Assembly (NCBI GenBank): GCA_017411785.1
Contig: JAFQPL010000082.1
Coordinates: 1 to 34,505 of the forward strand
Length of the DNA stretch: 34,505 nt
Origin: Clostridia bacterium
GTDB taxonomy: Bacteria > Bacillota > Clostridia > Oscillospirales > CAG-272
Reading direction: 5' to 3'
Shown here: positions 7,629-17,633 of the stretch, one piece after another
How positions within the stretch are numbered: the stretch's first letter is position 1
Layout: each line of letters begins with the position of its first letter
Translations under genes and position numbers: made by a program
The notes under the pieces: generated by a model
The model's database searches: none
What the model saw: the letters and a program-made list of their open reading frames with translations, nothing else
Told to the model about the DNA's origin: nothing

Positions 7629-9365
7629 TTAAATTTTTTCTGTTTTTGCAAGACAAATAAGTCCGAATGCGTTACCAAGCACCGTCTTAGTTGCCTCTGT
7701 AAGCGCAAGACGCGTATTCTTTACATCCTCATTATCTGCTCCAAGTATTGAGCAATTATGATAAAATCTGTTATACGCGCCCGCAACGTCGAGAATATAT
7801 CTCGTAATTACCGACGGCTCGTACACCGCGATTGCCTCACGCACTACCTCCTCAAACCGAGAAAGCGCCTTGAGAAGCGACGTCTCCTCATCTGCGGTCA
7901 CAACGAGTGTCTCCGCTCCCTTGTATTCAGGTGACTTTGCAAGAACCGAGCAGGTTCGCGCATAAGTGTACTGAACGTAAGGTCCTGTATTGCCCTCAAA
8001 GCTGAGAGCGTCCTCCATCATAAAGTTTATATCACGTATTCTGTTATTTGAAAGGTAATAGAATACAATAGCTCCGACACCGACTGCCTCTGCGATCTTA
8101 TCCCCATTTTCAATATCGGGATTTTTTTCTTTCATAATACTCTCAACCTTTGAAATAGACTCGGCAAAGAGATCTCGCAGAAGAATTACGTTACCCGTAC
8201 GGGTTGCAAGCTTTGCTCCGTTTATGCTGACGGTACCGTACGGAACGTGAACAAGCTTATCGTACCAATCATACCCCATAAGCTCAACGACCTTGAACCA
8301 CTGAGCAAAGTGTAAGGACTGTCCCGCGCTTGTAACATATATCATCTTGTCAAAATCATACTCTTGCTTACGGTAAACCGCCGCCGCAATATCACGTGTA
8401 GGATAAAGCGTAGAGCCGTCCCGCTTAAGTATAAGGCAGGGAGTCATTCCATATGCCTCAAGGTCTACGATAGAAGCTCCGTCATCGATCTTAAGAAGTC
8501 CCATGTCGCGAAGCTTTTGAACCTGAGCAGGCATCTTATCGGTATAAAAGCTCTCACCCTTATAGCTATCGAATTCGATACCCAACTGCTTATATGTTTT
8601 TTGATACTCGGCAAGACTTATATCAACAAACCAACGCCAAAGAGAGATGTTTTGCTCATCACCCTCCTCAAGCTTACGGAATTCAGCTCTCGATTCGTCG
8701 GCAAGGGTTGGATCTGCGGGAATTCCAAGCTCCTCATTACCCGAAATAGCATTATTTATTTTTACGTAAAGAGCAACTAACGCATCGACTCCTCCGTTTT
8801 CTATCTCCTCTCGGTTGCCCCATTTCTTATAAGCTACGATAAGCTTACCAAACTGAGTTCCCCAGTCACCGAGATAGTTTATTCCCACGCATTTATATCC
8901 CGCAAATTCGTGAAGCTTTTTTAAGGAATGACCTATAACCGTTGTTCCAAGATGTCCTATATGAAACGGCTTCGCAACGTTTGGCGAAGAATAATCAAGA
9001 ACAACCGTTTTCCCTTCTCCGATATCGGGCGCACCGTATTTATCGCCTTTTTCTCTTACCTTGGCAACGACCTTTTTTGCAAGATATTCGCCGTCAAAAT
9101 AAATATTAAAATATCCGTTTACAGCCTCCGCTCTTTTTACAGAACAAGCAGAAAAGCTCTCCGCTATCGCCTCCGCAATTTTAGGCGGCGCCATTCTGAG
9201 CGTTCTGCTGAGCTTGAAGCACGGTAACGCAAGATCTCCCATCTTTTCATCAGGCGGATACTCAAGCATATCAAGTATATCTTGCTCACCAAGCTCGGCT
9301 TGCGCGTTTATATTTTTAATAATTTCCGCTATATTTTGCGCTATTTCCTTCTTGATCTCTAACAT
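7629..9365 (-). CDS. argS: arginine--tRNA ligase
   Basis: SSPNVAKPFHIGH, NYLGDWGTQFG, DGSTLY.TRD, FEGNTGPYVQY. Confidence 0.97.
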   Translation of the reverse strand: MLEIKKEIAQNIAEIIKNINAQAELGEQDILDMLEYPPDEKMGDLALPCFKLSRTLRMAPPKIAEAIAESFSACSVKRAEAVNGYFNIYFDGEYLAKKVVAKVREKGDKYGAPDIGEGKTVVLDYSSPNVAKPFHIGHLGTTVIGHSLKKLHEFAGYKCVGINYLGDWGTQFGKLIVAYKKWGNREEIENGGVDALVALYVKINNAISGNEELGIPADPTLADESRAEFRKLEEGDEQNISLWRWFVDISLAEYQKTYKQLGIEFDSYKGESFYTDKMPAQVQKLRDMGLLKIDDGASIVDLEAYGMTPCLILKRDGSTLYPTRDIAAAVYRKQEYDFDKMIYVTSAGQSLHFAQWFKVVELMGYDWYDKLVHVPYGTVSINGAKLATRTGNVILLRDLFAESISKVESIMKEKNPDIENGDKIAEAVGVGAIVFYYLSNNRIRDINFMMEDALSFEGNTGPYVQYTYARTCSVLAKSPEYKGAETLVVTADEETSLLKALSRFEEVVREAIAVYEPSVITRYILDVAGAYNRFYHNCSILGADNEDVKNTRLALTEATKTVLGNAFGLICLAKTEKI

Positions 9366-9379
9366 TTTTTACTCCTTTA

Positions 9380-11050
9380 TCAGTACTCTGCACCCTCGCA
9401 AAGCATTTCCTCGGCAGCAACAAGTTGTGCGCGAGTTATTTCAATTCCTCCAAGTATTCTGGCAATTTCATTTATTCTTTCTCTACCGTCCAAAGGACTT
9501 ACAGAGCTTTCGGTACGACCGTCGATCTCTTTTTTTGAAACCAACAGGTGATTGTGCGCAAGAGACGCAATTTGTGCCGAATGTGTAACACATACGACCT
9601 GCGATGCTCTACCGATCTCCTTTAGCTTCATTCCGACCTTTCGCGAGGTCTTACCCGAAATTCCCGTATCTATCTCATCAAACACAACTGTATCTATTCC
9701 GTCGCATTGATTTATTTCATTCTTGAGCGCAAGCATTATTCTCGCAAGCTCTCCGCCCGAAGCTATCCTTGCTATGGGAAGCAAGGGCTCTCCGGGATTT
9801 GCAGATATCATAAATTCGATCTCATCGCGTCCCGTTGCTAAAAAATCATCAGACGGCTTGATAGAGACCTCGAATCTTACCTTTGGCATATCTAAAAACG
9901 CAAGTGTTTCACAAACTCTGTGAGTAATAGCGTGCGCCGCCTTACGTCTCGACTCGGTAAGCGCTCTCGCCGATTTTATTGCCTTTTGCTCTGCCAACTT
10001 AAGCTCATTCTCGATATCGGCGCGAATATCATCCGCGTTTTCTATAAAATCAAGCTTTGCCCTTGCATCGTCTCTGAAAGCAATAATTTCCTCCACCGTG
10101 CTTCCGTATTTGCGCTTTAGCTTCACTATAGCATTGAGGCGCGCTTCTGCTCTGTCAAGCATAGCCGTGGGGTCATCTCCTCCAAGATCCGAAAGCAAGG
10201 AGACCGACGCCGCTATATCCTCGAGCTCATATCTTACCTCACTGAGCCGAGCCGAAAGCGAATCGGCTTCAGGTACGGAATCGGAAATAGAGCCCAAGGC
10301 ATCCGATGCTCTCTCGGTAAGATAGATAGCTCCCATTCCTTTTCCGCCCTCAAGCGCACGCTTGACAAGTCCGCAAGCTTTGTTAATTCTTTCAAACCCA
10401 CGAAGACGGGCTACAAGAGCTTCAAGCTCTTCCTCCTCGCCTGCCTTAAGCTTTACCGAATCTATATCCTCGATTTGAAATTTAAGCACCTCACTCATTC
10501 GCGCTTGCTCACGCAAATCCTCGGAAACCGACCGCAACTTTCTACGTAAAGCAACAACACTTTCATATTGCGAAGCATATAAATCAAGAAGCTCACGGTT
10601 ATTTGCATAAATATCAAGAATATTCAAATGATTTTTAGGATCCTCCAAAAGCACGTTGTCATTTTGTCCATGTATGGCAAAAAGCAACTCTGCTATACTT
10701 TTCAGCATCGCAAGCGTAACGGGACTTCCGTTTACTCTTGCGCTTGACGATGCTTGCGTTATTGAACGGCTTATATATATTGAACCGTCCTCGCAATCAA
10801 AACCAAGCTCACTCAATCTTCTGCGGGTATTTGAGTTTAGATTTGAAAATACCGCGCTGACCTCCGCCTTACTTTCGCCGTTGCGTATAAGCTCCTTATC
10901 GGCTCGCGCGCCCGAAAGAAGATTCAGGCTATCCAAAATGATAGATTTACCCGCCCCCGTTTCTCCCGTAAGCACTGTCATTCCGTCCGAGAGCTCTATA
11001 TCTATTTTCTTTACGACCGCAATATTTTCTATATGCAATATTTCAAGCAT
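9380..11050 (-). CDS. recN: DNA repair protein RecN
   Basis: Walker A GETGAGKS, coiled coil, ASGGELARIMLA, FDEIDTG. Confidence 0.97.
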   Translation of the reverse strand: MLEILHIENIAVVKKIDIELSDGMTVLTGETGAGKSIILDSLNLLSGARADKELIRNGESKAEVSAVFSNLNSNTRRRLSELGFDCEDGSIYISRSITQASSSARVNGSPVTLAMLKSIAELLFAIHGQNDNVLLEDPKNHLNILDIYANNRELLDLYASQYESVVALRRKLRSVSEDLREQARMSEVLKFQIEDIDSVKLKAGEEEELEALVARLRGFERINKACGLVKRALEGGKGMGAIYLTERASDALGSISDSVPEADSLSARLSEVRYELEDIAASVSLLSDLGGDDPTAMLDRAEARLNAIVKLKRKYGSTVEEIIAFRDDARAKLDFIENADDIRADIENELKLAEQKAIKSARALTESRRKAAHAITHRVCETLAFLDMPKVRFEVSIKPSDDFLATGRDEIEFMISANPGEPLLPIARIASGGELARIMLALKNEINQCDGIDTVVFDEIDTGISGKTSRKVGMKLKEIGRASQVVCVTHSAQIASLAHNHLLVSKKEIDGRTESSVSPLDGRERINEIARILGGIEITRAQLVAAEEMLCEGAEY

Positions 11051-11077
11051 AGAAAGCTCCCCTCCAAGAATTAAAAA

Positions 11078-11533
11078 TCAAAAGCTTTTCATAAGCTCTG
11101 TAAGCTTTTCACTAAGCTCAGCCGAGCTTTCAACGCTATCGGTCACGATTATCACCGTATCATCGCCCGCAACGCATCCAAGAATGCTCGGCATATTAAG
11201 TGTATCAACCGCAAACGCAACCGCTCCCGCAAGCCCCGGATAAGTCTTTATCACAACATTGTTCAATGAATATTTCACTTCGGTTATTGAATCCACCATT
11301 GCGTTATTGAGCTTTACACTGCCGTTTGCCTGCCGCATCTGTCCAAGAGAATATCTGTAGGTCCCGCGTGCGGTTTGTACCTTGGTAAGCCTTAACTCCT
11401 TAAGGTCTCTTGAGACCGTTGCCTGCGTGACCTTAAAGCCCTCTGCAAGCAATCGAGTCATCATATCCTCCTGAGTTTCTATCTCATATTTGGAAATAAG
11501 CTCTAAAATTCTTTGTTGTCTTTGTGATTTCAT
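11078..11533 (-). CDS. argR: arginine repressor
   Basis: TQATVSRDLKEL and GCVAGDDT motifs. Confidence 0.96.
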   Translation of the reverse strand: MKSQRQQRILELISKYEIETQEDMMTRLLAEGFKVTQATVSRDLKELRLTKVQTARGTYRYSLGQMRQANGSVKLNNAMVDSITEVKYSLNNVVIKTYPGLAGAVAFAVDTLNMPSILGCVAGDDTVIIVTDSVESSAELSEKLTELMKSF

Positions 11534-11549
11534 TCTCTTTGCGCATCCT

Positions 11550-12425
11550 TTATATAAATTTTTTCATACGTATTTTAGAATAAAAATCCTCATCCTTTAT
11601 TCTTAACAGCTTTGTGCTGATAGAAGCCTTGGTTATTACTACCGTATCACCAAAGAAAAGGTCAAATGTTGCCTTACCGTCAACCGTAAGATGCAAAACC
11701 TTTTCTCTCACACATATATTTTTTATTTCAAGACTTGCGCTATCGGGAAAAATAAGCGGCCGCGCAACAAGCGAGTGCGGACATATCGGTGTTACGCAAA
11801 AGCAGGAAAGCTTTGGATCAACTATAGGACCTCCAGCCGAAAGTGAATACGCAGTAGAGCCCGTCGGTGTCGCGACCACGATACCGTCAGCTCGATATTC
11901 ACTTACAAGCCTTCCGTTATCCGAAAGCTGAAGATCTATAATTCTTGCAGTTGAGCCGTTTGCTATTACTGCCTCATTAAGAGCATACGCCGAAAATCTG
12001 CTCTGCCCTTTACTTGAACGTATATCAACCCTCAGCATTGCTCTCTCGTCAAGATAATAATCCCCCGTAAATATTCTGTCAAGAAGTGAAAGCTCATTCA
12101 TTTCAAGCTCGGTCATATATCCAACTCTGCCCATGTTGATCCCAAGTATCGGAATTCCACACGGCGTTGCCCGACGAGCTGCCTCAAGCATAACTCCGTC
12201 TCCGCCGATAACAATTACGAGATCACTATCGGAATAAATACCGTCAAAAGAAAGGTAAGTAAAATATGATTTATGGTTATGACTTCTAAATATTCTATCT
12301 TTATAATTTTCGGGAATATAAACAGCCTTTGCTTTTTCATATATTCCCTCGGCAACGGTAATCGCGGCTGCAAGCTTATCAGGAATATTATAATTAGTCA
12401 CTATCGCTATTTTCTCAATTTTCAC
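11550..12425 (-). CDS. nadK: NAD(+) kinase
   Basis: GGDG, LNE, ATPTGSTAYSLSAGG; GTG start. Confidence 0.95.
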   Translation of the reverse strand: MKIEKIAIVTNYNIPDKLAAAITVAEGIYEKAKAVYIPENYKDRIFRSHNHKSYFTYLSFDGIYSDSDLVIVIGGDGVMLEAARRATPCGIPILGINMGRVGYMTELEMNELSLLDRIFTGDYYLDERAMLRVDIRSSKGQSRFSAYALNEAVIANGSTARIIDLQLSDNGRLVSEYRADGIVVATPTGSTAYSLSAGGPIVDPKLSCFCVTPICPHSLVARPLIFPDSASLEIKNICVREKVLHLTVDGKATFDLFFGDTVVITKASISTKLLRIKDEDFYSKIRMKKFI

Positions 12426-12436
12426 GTTATCCCCCC

Positions 12437-13219
12437 CTAAAGCAAAGTCACTCGCTTTATGTATTTATCGTCAATTTTCGGTTTAAGACAATTCTTTTTT
12501 ACAAAATAAGCCAAATACTCTTTGTTCCCGTCGCCCCCCTCTATAGGCGAGCAAATAAGTCCCAAACAATCAAATCCGTTTTCAAAGGCAAAGCTTATAA
12601 CTCTTTTCGCTGCCAAAAACCTATACGCAGAATTGCTGACAACACCGTTTTTCCCAAGCGCAGACCTTCCCGCCTCAAACTGTGGCTTTATCAAGCTTAC
12701 AAATATTCCTCCGTCGCAAAGCACCGATGCTATCTGCGGAATAATATACGTTTGCGAAATAAAAGAAACGTCGGCAACCGCAATATCACATTCTCCGCCG
12801 GTAGTCTCAACAGTCATCTCTCTTGCGTTGAACTGTTCTATCGAATGAACTCTGGCATCTGATCTGAGGCTTTCATGCAGCTGATTTACGCCTGCGTCGA
12901 TCGCGTAAACCTCTCTTGCTCCGCGTCTGAGCAAGCAATCGGTAAAGCCTCCTGTAGAAGCTCCTACGTCAACGGCTTTTTTTCGGCTGACGTTAATCTC
13001 AAAAGCATCAAGCGCCGCTTGAAGCTTAACTCCGCCGCGGCTCACGTACGGAAATACCTGCTCTATTTTTACCTCATGCGGTACCGCTTCATTTATAGGA
13101 GAGGAAGATTTCTTTACGATCTCTCCGTCTATTATTACAGCTCCCGCCTCAATAAGATCCTGTGCTTTTTTTCGGCTCGCGGTGTATCCCGCCGCAGCCA
13201 GATAAACATCTACTCTCAT
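12437..13219 (-). CDS. tlyA: TlyA-family rRNA (cytidine-2'-O)-methyltransferase
   Basis: N-terminal S4 domain, YVSRGG.KL, DVGASTGGFTD, DVSFIS, LIKPQFE, GGDGNKEY. Confidence 0.95.
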   Translation of the reverse strand: MRVDVYLAAAGYTASRKKAQDLIEAGAVIIDGEIVKKSSSPINEAVPHEVKIEQVFPYVSRGGVKLQAALDAFEINVSRKKAVDVGASTGGFTDCLLRRGAREVYAIDAGVNQLHESLRSDARVHSIEQFNAREMTVETTGGECDIAVADVSFISQTYIIPQIASVLCDGGIFVSLIKPQFEAGRSALGKNGVVSNSAYRFLAAKRVISFAFENGFDCLGLICSPIEGGDGNKEYLAYFVKKNCLKPKIDDKYIKRVTLL

Positions 13220-13224
13220 ATCAA

Positions 13225-13695
13225 TCAGTGAAACACAAAAAACATCGCAATGCCTACAGCAATTCCAAGTAATACTCCCATGAATACCTGAAGCGGAGTA
13301 TGTCCTATAAATTCCTTAAAATGAGTTTCTGCGTTTTCAGAATCGGTAAATATCTCTTTTACTATCTTATTAAGCATTTTTGACTGCTTACCTGTCTCAT
13401 ATCTGACACCCATAGCGTCTATTATAACTATTATTGAAAGTATCGCACAAATGGCGAAGATCGCAGAGCCTGCACCGTGCTTCAAGGCTGCCGCTGTCGT
13501 AAGTCCCAATACGCTTGCCGAATGCGAGCTTGGCATTCCTCCTGTTGAAAACAAAAGCACAAGAATATTTACATGCCTGTCTCTGTAAACGCCCGTAAAT
13601 ATTTTTATTATTTGAGCCATAAGCCAAGCCACTACCGCGCTCATAAGCATATAGTTACCAAAAAATGCCTTAACGTGTCCTAAAAAAGCGTCCAT
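13225..13695 (-). CDS. divergent PAP2 family protein (DUF212/YuiD-like)
   Basis: GGMPSSHSA, DAMGVR, GHTPLQV; SD GGAGG. Confidence 0.92.
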   Translation of the reverse strand: MDAFLGHVKAFFGNYMLMSAVVAWLMAQIIKIFTGVYRDRHVNILVLLFSTGGMPSSHSASVLGLTTAAALKHGAGSAIFAICAILSIIVIIDAMGVRYETGKQSKMLNKIVKEIFTDSENAETHFKEFIGHTPLQVFMGVLLGIAVGIAMFFVFH

Positions 13696-13734
13696 TTTAT
13701 CCTCCGCTAAAATAAAAAAGTTTTGGATGTATTT

Positions 13735-14646
13735 TTATTTGATTCTCGTTAAAAGGTATTCCGCAAGCATACAAAGCATCTCACTGTCCTTCAGCTTTGA
13801 AATCTCCATTATAGCCTCTTGAGTAAGACTTTTTGCATATCTTTTTGCATGCCCGATATCAAAAAAGCTGAGAAAGGTCGTCTTTTGCTTTTCCGCGTCT
13901 GAATTAAGAGACTTCCCTACTGTAGCCTCGTCCCCCTCAACATCGAGTATATCATCAACCACCTGAAAAGCGAGCCCTATCTTCCTTGCATACAAGCGAA
14001 CGCAGAGAAATTCATCGCTATCCTCGTGATATCCTGCCGCAAAACAGCCTAATATTGCCGACAATTCTATCATTCGTCCTGTCTTTAGATTGTGAAGCAA
14101 AACAAGCTCATCAAGAGAAAGCTTTCGCATCTCACCCTCAAGGTCTATAAACTGTCCTCCTATCATACCCACATCCCCGGCTGATTCTGCCATAAGCTCG
14201 ATAGCTCTGACATTAACTTCCGATGAGGTGAATGGGTTTGACGCCGCTACGGCAAACGCATTTGTGAGCAGCGCATCGCCCGCCAAAAGCGCGTAAGCCT
14301 CCCCAAAGACCTTATGATTTGAAGGCTTGCCGCGTCTCATATCATCATCGTCCATACACGGCATATCATCGTGTATCAATGAATAAGTGTGTATCATCTC
14401 AACCGCCATAGCAAACGGCAAAGACGCCTGCATATCACCGCCAAGCATACGGCAAACCTCATTTACAAGAAAAGGCCTTATGCGCTTCCCGCCGCCGAGC
14501 AATGAATATTTCTCTGTTGCAAGAAATGCCTCCGCACCCTTATCGATATTCTTCTTTTCAAAATAATTTGCAAGCTCTTTCTCAAGCACATCGCTGTTTT
14601 CAGCAAGTCTTACCTCGATCGCTTCAAGCTTTTGTGAATTACTCAT
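13735..14646 (-). CDS. ispA: farnesyl/geranylgeranyl diphosphate synthase
   Basis: GGKRIRP, DDMPCMDDDDMRRG (first Asp-rich motif), FQVVDDILD (second Asp-rich motif). Confidence 0.93.
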   Translation of the reverse strand: MSNSQKLEAIEVRLAENSDVLEKELANYFEKKNIDKGAEAFLATEKYSLLGGGKRIRPFLVNEVCRMLGGDMQASLPFAMAVEMIHTYSLIHDDMPCMDDDDMRRGKPSNHKVFGEAYALLAGDALLTNAFAVAASNPFTSSEVNVRAIELMAESAGDVGMIGGQFIDLEGEMRKLSLDELVLLHNLKTGRMIELSAILGCFAAGYHEDSDEFLCVRLYARKIGLAFQVVDDILDVEGDEATVGKSLNSDAEKQKTTFLSFFDIGHAKRYAKSLTQEAIMEISKLKDSEMLCMLAEYLLTRIK

Positions 14647-14665
14647 CTTATCTCCGTTTACATCT

Positions 14666-14896
14666 TTATTTTTCCGAAAAGTCCTCTTCGGTTATCTCTC
14701 CGCTATCCGAAACCTGCAAAATTTTAATTCTGCGTTCGGTATCCTCAAGCCTTTGATTACATTCCCTTGCCAAAGCAACCCCCTCCTCATAAAGAGAAAG
14801 AGACTCCTCAAGCGTAATTCCCTCGCGCGCAAGCTCTTGAGTTATTTTTTCAAGCCTCGCCATAGCTTCTTCAAAATTTATATCCTTATTTTGCAT
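14666..14896 (-). CDS. xseB: exodeoxyribonuclease VII small subunit
   Basis: FEEAMARLE, LEESLSLYEEG; adjacent to xseA. Confidence 0.95.
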   Translation of the reverse strand: MQNKDINFEEAMARLEKITQELAREGITLEESLSLYEEGVALARECNQRLEDTERRIKILQVSDSGEITEEDFSEK

Positions 14897-14923
14897 ATCC
14901 TTCTCCGCTATTTCAAGCTATCT

Positions 14924-16141
14924 TTATTTTAGTGTTTTTAATGAAAGTATTTCCGCTTCGGCTATTCCGTCCGAAAACCTTATATCGATCTTATCTCCGA
15001 CGCTTATCTGTTCGATCGACGCAACGACCGAACCATCCTTTTGAGAATAAGAATATCCTCTTCCAAGCACCGCAAGCGGATTGATTGCGCCAAGCTCGGT
15101 TGCAAGCACGGAAAATCTCTCGCGGTTTTTTTGTATAGTACGCGCTATTGTTTGCTCAAGCCGTTCGGATACAAGTGAAAGCTGCTTTCTCTCAAGCTCA
15201 AGTCTGCCGCTTGGCGATGAAAGCTCAAGCCTTTTACTAAGCTCCGACACCGCTCCGCGCTTAATATTCAACACGCTTAAAGCAATTCCTTCAGCCCGTC
15301 CGATCAATTCATCAAGCCGAAGCTTTATTTCATCCGCATCCGGCGTTGCAAGCTCTGCCGCCGCGGAAGGAGTTGGCGCTCGCAGATCCGCCGCAAAATC
15401 ACAAAGAGTAAAATCGGTTTCGTGCCCTACTGCAGATATTACGGGAATGCTCGACGCGGCAACGCTTCTGACAACTCTTTCATCGTTAAACGCCCACAGA
15501 TCCTCGATCGATCCTCCCCCTCTGCCTATTATTATAACGTCACAGGCATTGGTCGCATTTAAATATTCAAGCCCCAGGCACAAAGAATTCGGAGCCTGCT
15601 CACCCTGAACCAAGGAAGGAAACAAAAGTATTTTCGTACTTGGCCATCTTCGTCCGGTGACATTTATCATATCTCTTACCGCCGCACCTGTTGGCGAGGT
15701 GATAATTCCTATACAACGGGGAAACTTTGGTATCGGCCTCTTTCTTTGCTCATCAAAGAGTCCCTCTTCTGCAAGCATTTTTTTGAGCCTCTCAAACTCA
15801 AGCTGAAGCACTCCTATTCCGTTATCAACCATGGCCGATACGTAGATCTGACATTTCCCGCTCTTTTCATAAACCGATATCCTACCGTATGCTATAACCC
15901 TCATCCCATCGGTCACTCGCATTTTTAAGCCTGCCGCGGCAGAACGAAACATAACCGCAGAAATTTCCGCCTCGGGATCCTTAAGGGTAAAATATAAATG
16001 ACCGCTCGAATGATATTTTAAATTGGATATCTCACCTTGTATACTTATGCTTGACAAGAGCGAATCATTGTCCATAAGCATCTTTACATATCTGTTTGCC
16101 TCACCGACGCTAAGCACGCCATCACGCCGTTCATCTATCAT
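14924..16141 (-). CDS. xseA: exodeoxyribonuclease VII large subunit
   Basis: SGHLYFTLKD, RGGGSIEDLWAFN, SAVGHETD, APTPSAAAE. Confidence 0.97.
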   Translation of the reverse strand: MIDERRDGVLSVGEANRYVKMLMDNDSLLSSISIQGEISNLKYHSSGHLYFTLKDPEAEISAVMFRSAAAGLKMRVTDGMRVIAYGRISVYEKSGKCQIYVSAMVDNGIGVLQLEFERLKKMLAEEGLFDEQRKRPIPKFPRCIGIITSPTGAAVRDMINVTGRRWPSTKILLFPSLVQGEQAPNSLCLGLEYLNATNACDVIIIGRGGGSIEDLWAFNDERVVRSVAASSIPVISAVGHETDFTLCDFAADLRAPTPSAAAELATPDADEIKLRLDELIGRAEGIALSVLNIKRGAVSELSKRLELSSPSGRLELERKQLSLVSERLEQTIARTIQKNRERFSVLATELGAINPLAVLGRGYSYSQKDGSVVASIEQISVGDKIDIRFSDGIAEAEILSLKTLK

Positions 16142-17131
16142 TTAACCGTTCTCCTTGTTTTCAGCATGCTTGAGCCTGCACAAAAGCGCCACTCCCGCCG
16201 CATTATCCGAAGAAAATTCGGGCTCCGCAAAATATGCATCGAAGCGTTCGGAGAGTCTATGCCTCATAATTTTGTTCGACATCACTCCGCCCGCAAAAAG
16301 AATTGGCATTCTTTGATCCATATCAAAAATCTGCTCGACCATTTCCGTAAGTGTTCTCTCTATAAAATCAAAGGTAAATGCCGCAACTGCTTTATCAGCT
16401 ACTCCGTTATCGTACATCTGCTTTGCAATATTTTCAACACCCGAAAGATTACAACATCCGTTTTTTACCGAAACTTTTCTTCTTTCGATTTTACCGTCAT
16501 AGGACTGTGCAAGACGCTCGAGCTCTCTGCCCGCGGGAAAGGCAAGTCCCATCATAACTCCGACCCTGTCTATAGCTTGTCCTGCGTTTATATCCTTGCT
16601 TTCACCAACAAGCTCGATATTAAAATCGGTTTTAGTGATATTCGGAGTAACCTTTAAGACCTCGGTAGTTCCTCCCGAAACGTGAAGTGCCAAAAAATCA
16701 CCGCTCATTAATTTTTCAACACATCCCGAAGAATATAATGCCGCCATTATATGCCCGTTCTGATGAGCTGTCTCATAAACAGGCAAGGAATTTTGCGCCG
16801 CGAAAGCATGCGCTGCCGATATTCCGCTTAAAAAGCATGGCATATAAGATCCCTCAAGGGCTCTCGGCTTTGTTGAAACTCCAACCGCAACCGGAGCAAA
16901 ATCCCTAATGCAACAGGAAAACTCATCCATAAGCGCAGGGAGATTTTTAACGTGCGCAAATAATGCGTCAGATTGCCTTAATCCTCGCTCGCCCTCTTTT
17001 ACAAAAAGCGGAGCCTTAAGATTTGCGATGACCTTCCCGTAGCTATCACATGCCGCAATTGACGTAGTATAATTACTTGTATCTATTCCTACGTAGCATT
17101 CGAGCTTAACACTCATTGTTACCGTTTTCAC
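16142..17131 (-). CDS. TsaD/Kae1-like (ASKHA fold, 'peptidase M22') paralog
   Basis: GIDTSN, HQNGH metal motif, LHVSGGTT, AGQAIDR, AGGVMSN, SSDNAAG. Start is GTG 17131 (GGAGG upstream) or ATG 17116; either overlaps the nusB end. Confidence 0.85.
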   Translation of the reverse strand: MKTVTMSVKLECYVGIDTSNYTTSIAACDSYGKVIANLKAPLFVKEGERGLRQSDALFAHVKNLPALMDEFSCCIRDFAPVAVGVSTKPRALEGSYMPCFLSGISAAHAFAAQNSLPVYETAHQNGHIMAALYSSGCVEKLMSGDFLALHVSGGTTEVLKVTPNITKTDFNIELVGESKDINAGQAIDRVGVMMGLAFPAGRELERLAQSYDGKIERRKVSVKNGCCNLSGVENIAKQMYDNGVADKAVAAFTFDFIERTLTEMVEQIFDMDQRMPILFAGGVMSNKIMRHRLSERFDAYFAEPEFSSDNAAGVALLCRLKHAENKENG

Positions 17132-17543
17132 CCTCGCCCTCCAACTCGTTCTTAACCGAATTGAGAACTCCGTTTACAAAGCCCTTCGCCTTAGGGTCAT
17201 CATATTTTTTAGTTAACTCAATTGCTTCATTTATCGAAACACTGCTTGGGATTTTTTCCTCAAAAAGCATCTCGTAAATAGCAAGCCGCATTATCGAACG
17301 AGAAAGCTTAGTAAGACGCGCGGTACGCCAACCATGCGAGCTTTTCTCTATCAAGGCATCTATCTTTTCCTTGTTTTCAAAAACTCCGAAATATGCGCGC
17401 TTAATATACTCATCCTCGGGGATTTCTCTGTTATCGGCAGAAAGCTCATATATCTCCTCTATCTGCTCTCCATCCTTAAACTCAGTCTCAAAAAGCAAGG
17501 ATAAAACTATCTCTCTTGCTTCTCTTCTCTTCATTCCGCTCAT
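17106..17543 (-). CDS. nusB: transcription antitermination factor NusB
   Basis: RREARE, W...RL, SINEAIELTKKY, FVNGVL. Start trimmed to ATG 17543 (AAGGA upstream); 17534 is an alternative. Confidence 0.95.
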   Translation of the reverse strand: MSGMKRREAREIVLSLLFETEFKDGEQIEEIYELSADNREIPEDEYIKRAYFGVFENKEKIDALIEKSSHGWRTARLTKLSRSIMRLAIYEMLFEEKIPSSVSINEAIELTKKYDDPKAKGFVNGVLNSVKNELEGEGENGNNEC

Positions 17544-17604
17544 ACAAAAAGGCTTTCCTTTCTTTAATGCAACTATACGTTTAGGCAAAAATAGCCATAA
17601 TAAT

Positions 17605-17633
17605 ATTATACCGCCAAAGCATCAAAAAGTCAA
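17605..17633 (-). promoter_or_regulatory. sigmaA promoter of the nusB operon
   Basis: Minus strand TTGACT, 17 bp, TATAAT. Confidence 0.8.

Noticed and set aside
12437-13219. Virulence island suggested by 'hemolysin' labels (TlyA, CorC/HlyC)
   Set aside because: Both are housekeeping families (rRNA methyltransferase, metal transporter) in a core-genome context.
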